Source: a virus. From it: a DNA stretch of 64,000 nucleotides. Both the position numbers and the translations under genes were made by a program. The notes beneath the pieces are model-generated. The model was not told the DNA's origin. It saw nothing but the letters and a program-made list of their open reading frames with translations, and searched no databases. Shown here one piece after another: positions 38,840 to 45,841 of this stretch (position 1 is the first letter of the stretch; every line of letters begins with the position of its first letter). The stretch is taken from the IMG/VR virus record IMGVR_UViG_3300031963_012969, one strand, 5' to 3'.

Positions 38840-39733
38840 TTAACTGCATCTGCATCTCCACTTCCTTAGAGCTTTGTTTATTCTACTATCTGGATCATTT
38901 TTTGTTTCAGCCCCAGTTCTTCTTTTTTTCATCCCACACATTCTGGAGCAGAAACTGTTTTGTCTGCTTTCTCTTTTACCTTTTGGATTTTTTTCAGTAA
39001 CTGGAGCTTTTAGGTTGCCGCCAGTTTGTTTATTGTAACTTGCTCTACCTTTTGCATTTAATCCGCCCTCCGAGTTTTTCCCTTCAGATCTTTGCCACGC
39101 CGGAGACTTTGCCATCTTATCTGGCAAAAAAGTTACAGCTTGTTCAGCCGATTTCGTCAATCTATTCCACTGCTTTTTGTCTGGATAATCTTTATCCCCA
39201 GGTTTAGCTGGTTTTTCGCCCCTTTGTCTTTTTGCTCTTATGTTTGCCCAAAGGCCAGGTTTTTCATCTTTTGCTAACTTGGGAAGAAAACTAACTTTAT
39301 TCATATTTTTATTATATTTCTTGGTTTTATATTCGTCCATAAGAACTTTTAATGCTTCTGGGTCTTTTACTAATTTAGTTGGGTCAATGGCCCAATTCCT
39401 CAGTGCATACGCTCTTCTTGGGGTTGGATTAGACTGAAACATTTTACCGCCGTGCCTAGCCTTAAAAGCAATCCACCTTTTAATTTGCCTTTTGTCGTCT
39501 TCCATTCTTCTGCCCTCGGAGTATCTTTTGTACCACTGCAGCCACCCATGAGGATCAGCTGGATGGTACCAGTGTTGTGGCCACTCAGGTAAACTCGCTA
39601 GTCTTGGTGCATCCTGGGGGCCGTATACCTCTCCGTATACCCCTATTTCCTTAAGTTGATCTGGAGTAAAATCTGGCAAAAAACTGGTTTCTACGTCTTG
39701 CTGCTTTTCTTTATTGTCTTCTGGATTGCTCAT
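38840..39733 (-). CDS. Modular polyprotein: DPHGWLQWY domain + PGLWANI module + DUF6321-like domain
   Basis: Three recognisable basic modules separated by KLA, KSA and KMA; start moved to MSNPED. Confidence 0.65.
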   Translation of the reverse strand: MSNPEDNKEKQQDVETSFLPDFTPDQLKEIGVYGEVYGPQDAPRLASLPEWPQHWYHPADPHGWLQWYKRYSEGRRMEDDKRQIKRWIAFKARHGGKMFQSNPTPRRAYALRNWAIDPTKLVKDPEALKVLMDEYKTKKYNKNMNKVSFLPKLAKDEKPGLWANIRAKRQRGEKPAKPGDKDYPDKKQWNRLTKSAEQAVTFLPDKMAKSPAWQRSEGKNSEGGLNAKGRASYNKQTGGNLKAPVTEKNPKGKRESRQNSFCSRMCGMKKRRTGAETKNDPDSRINKALRKWRCRCS

Positions 39734-39790
39734 TAAACAGATTAAATTAACACATTTAATGTATATATACAAATAAGATATCTGTCATCT

Positions 39791-39833
39791 AAAAAAAAGG
39801 TGGAAGGAGCTTTCGCCCCTTCCACACTTTTTT
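39791..39833 (-). terminator. Intrinsic terminator closing small-gene cassette B
   Basis: GTGGAAGG...CCTTCCAC stem around a GCGAAAGC loop, then T8 on the minus strand. Confidence 0.88.
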
Positions 39834-39990
39834 AGCTCAACTGTTTTATTCCCAGTATTGTAATTGGGAATTTTTTGTTGAGCTGTTTCCAGGCCTGGGC
39901 AACATGCCCACGGCTTTCTCCATACCTAACTGCCTTAAGTAGTTTAATGGGGTTAGGCTGTTGTCTATATGATATTTCAAATAGCTTCAT
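39832..39990 (-). CDS. 52-aa hypothetical protein (not in ORF track)
   Basis: Hand-translated MKLFEISYRQQPNP...GIKQLS; ends exactly at the terminator. Confidence 0.6.
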   Translation of the reverse strand: MKLFEISYRQQPNPIKLLKAVRYGESRGHVAQAWKQLNKKFPITILGIKQLS

Positions 39991-40387
39991 CTTTTTCATA
40001 TAGTATTGTGCAAGTTGACCATACTACAGACGCCAAAAATACATTAACAATCAAATAGATGGATAATGTAATTGGTGACAGTAGTGCGATTACTGCTCCC
40101 CAAAGGGCCACTGCGGGTACCTCTGTGTAGCAGATTTCGTCTGCTATCTTTCGGCACATCCACCCTGGGACATTGTATTTGTCTAGTCTTTTGCCTAGAA
40201 AAATAACAATTGCTATTAATGGGGTAAAAACCCCAACTAGTATTGAGGGTACAAAACCAATCTTCAGTAAATCTACTGCAGATTGCCATGTGTCGTTAAT
40301 GGCAGTGTATCTCATTATAATACCAGATATAATACTTATTATAAGTACATAAGGAAAATACAATGCTAACTTTTTTGCTATTTTCAT
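39977..40387 (-). CDS. Multi-pass membrane protein
   Basis: Start moved to MKIAKK (ATGA overlap); about four hydrophobic helices. Confidence 0.65.
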   Translation of the reverse strand: MKIAKKLALYFPYVLIISIISGIIMRYTAINDTWQSAVDLLKIGFVPSILVGVFTPLIAIVIFLGKRLDKYNVPGWMCRKIADEICYTEVPAVALWGAVIALLSPITLSIYLIVNVFLASVVWSTCTILYEKDEAI

Positions 40388-40590
40388 GTTTTTATTTTGT
40401 AGCCGTATTCTGCGCATAGATCCGCAAACGCAGATACGCAGTACCCAGCAATAAAGTCACTTGCGTGACTTTCTTCCCAGTGAGGATGTCTCTCAAGCAA
40501 AATGGTTTTAAAGTTTTGGATGTTTTCACATCCAAAATCATTTGCCAGCTCTTGCTCTATTACATTATATGTTTTTTGAATACTACTCAT
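40384..40590 (-). CDS. Hypothetical protein
   Basis: 68 aa, ATGA overlaps at both ends. Confidence 0.65.
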   Translation of the reverse strand: MSSIQKTYNVIEQELANDFGCENIQNFKTILLERHPHWEESHASDFIAGYCVSAFADLCAEYGYKIKT

Positions 40591-40748
40591 TTTGTGTAAT
40601 ATCTATACATGTTACCCTGTCTACTGATTTGCTGTAGCCATGTCTCCGACCCGAAAGTATAAACGGGTCTCGGATCTGGATTCCTGAATGGAAATAATTT
40701 TTCCATTCCTCTTGTCACGGCAAACACTAATATGTTTTTGATCTTCAT
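40587..40748 (-). CDS. 53-aa hypothetical protein (not in ORF track)
   Basis: Hand-translated MKIKNILVFAV...YRYYTK; ATGA overlaps with both neighbours. Confidence 0.65.
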   Translation of the reverse strand: MKIKNILVFAVTRGMEKLFPFRNPDPRPVYTFGSETWLQQISRQGNMYRYYTK

Positions 40749-41095
40749 AATGAGACAATGTATGTTTTAACTTTATTGTATGTATCTATGCACTTATCCT
40801 TGATGTGACTTACAATACCGCTATCATCTTTTTGAAGGCGGATTGTCTGTATTGCCAATTTTTCATTAGCAGTTAGATTGTTTAGATCCAACTTATTGAA
40901 CTCCTCACTGGAGCCCTGTGAAGCTACGGTGAGCGCGACTTTAAAGTCGCCGCTAACCGTGTTGTCTTTGATTTGATTGTTTACGCTGTAAATGTACAGC
41001 ACTGCACTGAACAATAGGCAGAGTACTGCGCTATTGACTAGGATTACGTTGCTCATCATTTTAGCTATTTTTATTACTGGTTTCATGGTGTTCAT
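40745..41095 (-). CDS. Membrane-anchored hypothetical protein
   Basis: One N-terminal TM helix; CAA-rich leader. Confidence 0.65.
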   Translation of the reverse strand: MNTMKPVIKIAKMMSNVILVNSAVLCLLFSAVLYIYSVNNQIKDNTVSGDFKVALTVASQGSSEEFNKLDLNNLTANEKLAIQTIRLQKDDSGIVSHIKDKCIDTYNKVKTYIVSL

Positions 41096-41238
41096 GTTGT
41101 TTGGTTTTGTTGTTGGTTGTTATATAAAAAAAATCGAGTTTTGCCACTGGCCGATTTTTTAGAGCCAGCTATTATTTTTAGGACACTTTTAAATCTTTTT
41201 TAGGGATCCGATAGGGTGTATCCTAGAATATTTCCTAT

Positions 41239-41277
41239 CAATATATTATGGCTAAAAACACCTGTTTTTTGGTACCC
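41239..41277 (-). promoter_or_regulatory. Candidate phage-specific promoter, copy B
   Basis: GGGTACC-N17-AGCCATAATATATTG. Confidence 0.65.
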
Positions 41278-41280
41278 CTA

Positions 41281-41308
41281 TTGACTTTTTCGATATAACT
41301 GATATGGT
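41281..41308 (+). promoter_or_regulatory. Sigma70-like promoter for tRNA-Gln and the glycosyltransferase
   Basis: TTGACT-N16-TATGGT with a TG extension, 17 nt before the tRNA. Confidence 0.5.
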
Positions 41309-41325
41309 TTTCTAATTACCACCAG

Positions 41326-41398
41326 TGCCCTCTGGGGGAATGGTAGACCCAACCGGCTTTGAACCGGTCTTTTCTAGGTTCGAGTCCTAGGGGGGCAG
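41326..41398 (+). tRNA. tRNA-Gln(TTG), CCA not encoded
   Basis: TGCCCTC/GGGGGCA acceptor stem; ACCGG-CTTTGAA-CCGGT; GGTTCGAGTCC. Confidence 0.88.
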
Positions 41399-41414
41399 CA
41401 TACAAAAACAAAAC

Positions 41415-42425
41415 ATGAAAAAAGTATTATTTTGGCCATATAAATATAATAATATGGGAGCAGATTGGTCTATTCCAGTATTGCACTTAATTAATTGCTT
41501 TAAATCTCACAATTTTCAAGTGTTAAGACATCCTAACTTTAAATTTACTAATGACATAGATACAGAAATTTATGACTTCAATAAACACAGGGATGATATA
41601 GATATTTGTATATACAATCATACAGATATATCTTTAATAATTGGAAACGTAATAAAATGCCGCAAAAATTTATTTTTTAAGCCCACAGTCCCTGAGCGCG
41701 GCTATACAACATTAGATGAATTAGGGTATGGGCCGTATTCCTCAATTACATACGAAAAACCAAAATTTGATATTTATTCAACGGAAGAAATAAATAATTT
41801 TTACGAAACTGAAGTTAAAAACTGGATAGACATGAGGTCCAATAAATGGTTTAAAGATTTTAATCCTGTAGAAAAAACAATAGAAGAAGATGATTACTAT
41901 TTAATAGTAGGACAATGTTATGGGGATGAAGTCATAAAAAGACATGAATTTGGATCATACAAAGAAAAAGTAGAACAAATCATAAAAGAAATAAGTAGAA
42001 TAGATACAACCAGAAAAATTATTGTTAAACTTCATCCATACGTCAATGGGGCAAAAGAACCAATGGTGGGTGGATTTGGCGAGCAAATAAAAAGTGAAAT
42101 AGAAAAAATTTCAAGCTCTGTAGTTGTATATACAGGCAATTTAAGTATTCATGATTTTTTACCTAAAGCTCGTTGTGTATTTATTGCTAATTCTGGGGCT
42201 GGGATAGAAGCGATGATGCATAACAAGCCAATAGTTTCTTGGGGAAACCCAGAATATCACTGGGCAACATATAGACTTATTCACCTAGCAGACATAATAA
42301 GAGCTATTCGAGTAGAGGACTGGTTCGATAAATTTAAGCAACAACAATTTTTGTATTGGTATACAAAACACTACTGCTTCTATAATTATGAAAGTTGTTA
42401 TAGAAGAGTAGGAGAAGTTATTTAA
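41415..42425 (+). CDS. Capsule-synthesis (KpsC/KpsS-like) glycosyltransferase
   Basis: VKLHP and SIHDFL...V...NSGAGIEAMMHNKPIVSWG.P.Y motifs. Confidence 0.75.
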   Translation: MKKVLFWPYKYNNMGADWSIPVLHLINCFKSHNFQVLRHPNFKFTNDIDTEIYDFNKHRDDIDICIYNHTDISLIIGNVIKCRKNLFFKPTVPERGYTTLDELGYGPYSSITYEKPKFDIYSTEEINNFYETEVKNWIDMRSNKWFKDFNPVEKTIEEDDYYLIVGQCYGDEVIKRHEFGSYKEKVEQIIKEISRIDTTRKIIVKLHPYVNGAKEPMVGGFGEQIKSEIEKISSSVVVYTGNLSIHDFLPKARCVFIANSGAGIEAMMHNKPIVSWGNPEYHWATYRLIHLADIIRAIRVEDWFDKFKQQQFLYWYTKHYCFYNYESCYRRVGEVI

Positions 42426-43863
42426 ATTTTAGGTATTGAGTTGCTCCAGGAGTCAAACCAGAAACAGAGTCTAATGGAGCCTGGGTTAGTATCTTTCTAG
42501 ATTCGGGGAATGCAACAACCGATTGGCTCATCTTAATTGCATTAATATATTCGTTTTTACCAGTTTTAACATTCTGTACCGGAAAATATATATTCCCATC
42601 GCTACCTTTTTTAGCAACCATTGAAAATCTCTGGTCTACTCCAATGTTTTTAGATTCAGAGCTTCTTATTGGGTCTATAACCATAACCTGGCTGGGAGAA
42701 ACATTTCTGCTTGAGACAGGTATTGCGTCAGAAGACGTAATAGCTCCCTCCCCTGTCTGCACAACCCTTTTTTGGTAGTCGTATATCTCAATGGGATTTA
42801 TCCCAGCTATATGATTGCTCAAGCTATTCCCCACAATAAGTCCCTCTAGTTGCGGAGAAAAATATCCAGCACGCAATCCCTTAAGAGTTCTGTTATATGT
42901 GGACCTATACAATAATGTAGATGCCAGCTTACCAGTATCTTTAGATACCCTCTCGGAAAATAGATCTTCTGGACCAACAAAATTTTTGTTAGCCATGCTA
43001 TCTCTGTCATCCTCGTCTTCTAGCCCCTTTTGTATATTAAGTAGTTTTTGACTAGCTCTAAGCATCATCATTGGAGATAGATTTTTATCGCTAGTACCAA
43101 GCGTTCTTTGTCCTACCTCTGGATCTATCTCTGATTTATTTAATTCTGAAATTAGGTCTTTTAATTTTGTTTTATCGTCTGCATCTGGATTAGCTTTTCT
43201 GCCTAGTAATTTGTCGTAAAACTTATAGAAAGACCTATCATCATCTTGCCCCTTATTAACATCCAGGATTTCAGGACCCCAAAATTTCATTATCTGATCA
43301 TCATCTACTCCCATTCCCTTTAAGACTGGATATAGCTTGATTCTGCTTTTTCCTATCATAACTCTATACACACCCGTTTCTGGTTCCATAAATATTCTCA
43401 TTCCAGATCCAGTTCCGGCTACAGTATTTACGTGACTCTCTAGCTCCCCGTTGTCTTTTCTCCTAGCGTACACTCCAGGCTTAAGTCTTTGCTGGCCAGC
43501 AACCAAACTATATTCACTACCTCCATTTATAAAAGTACCCCTATGAGTCATCCACGGGACTCTCGCAAGCACACCATCAAATTGGTCTAATACTTCATTA
43601 TTTTTTTTATCTATCAGTGATACCTTTCCGTAAAGAGGAACAGATAGTTTATCCCCCATCAATAACGCCCTTTTTTCGTCTGAAAGAGAAAAAGGTTTTT
43701 TTAAATCATATCTAATGTCAGAAGCCTCTATTCTTACTTTATCATTTTCTAGCGGAAATCTGTTTTGATAAGCAGATAAAACTCTATCCAAAATGTCTTG
43801 TCTGAGAGACGATGGATTATCGAATCCCCTAAGTTTTACTCCTTTGGGTTCTTGTATTACCAT
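42418..43863 (-). CDS. DNA-directed RNA polymerase, beta N-terminal part
   Basis: PWMTHRGTFINGGSE...RLKPGVY, DDRDSMANK, INP...KRV..TGEG, RNVSPSQ...DPIRSSESKNIG. Confidence 0.92.
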   Translation of the reverse strand: MVIQEPKGVKLRGFDNPSSLRQDILDRVLSAYQNRFPLENDKVRIEASDIRYDLKKPFSLSDEKRALLMGDKLSVPLYGKVSLIDKKNNEVLDQFDGVLARVPWMTHRGTFINGGSEYSLVAGQQRLKPGVYARRKDNGELESHVNTVAGTGSGMRIFMEPETGVYRVMIGKSRIKLYPVLKGMGVDDDQIMKFWGPEILDVNKGQDDDRSFYKFYDKLLGRKANPDADDKTKLKDLISELNKSEIDPEVGQRTLGTSDKNLSPMMMLRASQKLLNIQKGLEDEDDRDSMANKNFVGPEDLFSERVSKDTGKLASTLLYRSTYNRTLKGLRAGYFSPQLEGLIVGNSLSNHIAGINPIEIYDYQKRVVQTGEGAITSSDAIPVSSRNVSPSQVMVIDPIRSSESKNIGVDQRFSMVAKKGSDGNIYFPVQNVKTGKNEYINAIKMSQSVVAFPESRKILTQAPLDSVSGLTPGATQYLKFK

Positions 43864-43875
43864 TTATAATTAAGA

Positions 43876-44910
43876 TTAAGAATTAAATCCTACTGCAAAA
43901 CTTTCGAGTATTCTCTTTTTGTATTTCTCAAGCTTTGCTAAAGCCTCTGGATCAAGAGCGTCCAATTGAACATTACCGGAGTCAGTGGTCATAACCATAG
44001 TGTTAGGGTCAACTTTTTGAATATCCTCGCTTGAAACTATTGGGTTTCCCCTTCTGCTTTCTCTGGCTTTCTCTTGTGGGTCCTGTTCACGACTATTTAA
44101 GTTGGAATCGGGATTAACAACTTTTTCAATTGTATCTATAATTGATGTTGAGGCGCCTTTTGTTAACAACATGTCTTGTTCAGATTCTTCTTGGACTGGC
44201 TTTGAGACTATTTTTACAAATTTAGGGGCACTCTTCATCTCAGAAGCTTCCTCTTTTTCAATAGCTCTATCTATATTTTTTTGTCTATTGTAATAATAAT
44301 TATGAGCGCCTATTCCAGCAAGTAATGCAGCAACTCCAGGTAAACTTGTTAAAATCGTACCAACTGTCTCTCTACCTGATCCATCGCTAGGATTAGCTTT
44401 TTTTATTAAATCTTGAGCAGCATTCTTTCGGTAATCCTCAGAAGGAGTTCTGTGAACTTTGTCAGCAATAGATAAAATCAAACCATCTAGCACTGGATAC
44501 TCTGCTGTCTTTGAGTCAACAGTCATTTGCTGTGACATGTAATCAGCATATTGTTTTTTAAGCGACTCCAGTTCATTATCTAGTTGTTTCTGCCTCTGTT
44601 TCTTTAATATACTGTTTACAATCGCGTATCCAGCGCTGCCGCCAGCCAATGCAGATCCAGCAGCAAGTGGAGCGTCCCATAAATATTGTCCAAGTTCTGG
44701 AGCGGCTGTTTTAGACGGTACCTCTATCACAATGGTGTCTCCGTCTTGCTTTTTTTTAGTTGCCTCCTCTTGTCTTTTTTTTAACGCTAGTATGTGGGCT
44801 ACTCCAGCTAACCCAGCACCAATTCCTGCTGCAGGTAATCCGTGTCTAGATAAACTATCCTTTAACATATCAAATGTTAATCCTGGTACTGATGCTGCTT
44901 CTTTTCTCAT
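43876..44910 (-). CDS. Glycine-zipper protein segmented by K-x-A motifs
   Basis: Three hydrophobic helix + basic coil units preceded by KEA, KTA and KKA. Confidence 0.55.
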   Translation of the reverse strand: MRKEAASVPGLTFDMLKDSLSRHGLPAAGIGAGLAGVAHILALKKRQEEATKKKQDGDTIVIEVPSKTAAPELGQYLWDAPLAAGSALAGGSAGYAIVNSILKKQRQKQLDNELESLKKQYADYMSQQMTVDSKTAEYPVLDGLILSIADKVHRTPSEDYRKNAAQDLIKKANPSDGSGRETVGTILTSLPGVAALLAGIGAHNYYYNRQKNIDRAIEKEEASEMKSAPKFVKIVSKPVQEESEQDMLLTKGASTSIIDTIEKVVNPDSNLNSREQDPQEKARESRRGNPIVSSEDIQKVDPNTMVMTTDSGNVQLDALDPEALAKLEKYKKRILESFAVGFNS

Positions 44911-44956
44911 AATTTAAAGTACATTTTATATTTAAACTTTATTCATTTCAATAAAG

Positions 44957-45451
44957 TTATTTCTTTTTAACTACAGTATATCCTGTTCCGCTCTTTTTGT
45001 AGCACTCTATTGGTTTAGTTGTTTTTATAGTTATTAAAGCTCTGAATCCTTGTGGTGCAGTTTGATCTAGTAAATAGTGCGGCTCTTTAATTGGCTCCAC
45101 CAATTGTACCCCGCTCTCTGGATCAAAAACTGAGTCTAGTATTTGTTCATATTTTTCTAGATCTGATTTTTGAGTTATATCTAATAAAAAAATCTGGTTA
45201 TTCGTGAATTTGACAAATTTCTCAATCGGGTCCTTTTTTTTGACGAATTCTTCTTGAGAGCTTTTGCCAGCAAATGCAGCTCCCTTAAAGTTCGGAGCAG
45301 CCTGAGGATTTGGCGTGAATTCTTCATCAAATGACTTTGGCCTATTTCCAACAATTACTGTTAAAGCCTCTCTAATTTCTTCGGGAAAATCTTTTTCGTC
45401 TATTTCGTCTACTGGGTCTTGTGTTTTTTTACTGTTTGTTGTTTTGCTCAT
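44957..45451 (-). CDS. Hypothetical protein
   Basis: 164-aa ORF in operon. Confidence 0.6.
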   Translation of the reverse strand: MSKTTNSKKTQDPVDEIDEKDFPEEIREALTVIVGNRPKSFDEEFTPNPQAAPNFKGAAFAGKSSQEEFVKKKDPIEKFVKFTNNQIFLLDITQKSDLEKYEQILDSVFDPESGVQLVEPIKEPHYLLDQTAPQGFRALITIKTTKPIECYKKSGTGYTVVKKK

Positions 45452-45453
45452 AC

Positions 45454-45837
45454 TTAAATTAATCCACTAGTGTCTAGTTCTTCTTTGTGTGTATTCAAGT
45501 TTTTTTCGTCTCTAAAATTTTGTATCATTTTTTTGTAAGCTTCGACCTTAGCCTTTGTAGCTTTGATGTCTTGAGTCTCCGTACCCTTTACGGCTTTTTC
45601 CATTTTATCTCTGATCATTGCAGTACCAACCCCAGTTAAAGCACCTGCACCAGTTAAGAACACTGCATACTGTTTAGCTAAATCAACTGGATCAAGTGCC
45701 ACTTTGGATAGCATTTCATTTGCCTCTTTTGGAGTAAAACCTTTTTCGCTTAATATTTTGCAGAAACCTAATTTAATTGATCTGTAGCATTGAGCCTTGT
45801 TATCTTCTTCTATAATTTGTTTAGCAATTTTATTCAT
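45454..45837 (-). CDS. Glycine-zipper protein with KVA site
   Basis: Start moved to MNKIAK; SKVA followed by GAGALTGVG helix. Confidence 0.55.
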   Translation of the reverse strand: MNKIAKQIIEEDNKAQCYRSIKLGFCKILSEKGFTPKEANEMLSKVALDPVDLAKQYAVFLTGAGALTGVGTAMIRDKMEKAVKGTETQDIKATKAKVEAYKKMIQNFRDEKNLNTHKEELDTSGLI

Positions 45838-45841
45838 ATAT

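Noticed and set aside
39834-39960. Structured ncRNA (AGCTCAAC...GTTGAGCT and nearby hairpins)
   Set aside because: Lies within a well-fitted 52-aa ORF; no independent evidence for an RNA gene.
28997-43863. RNAP pieces as intron/intein-split exons or a decayed host rpoBC
   Set aside because: No intein termini or homing endonuclease noticed; each piece has its own start and stop, catalytic residues are intact, and the gaps contain ordinary genes.
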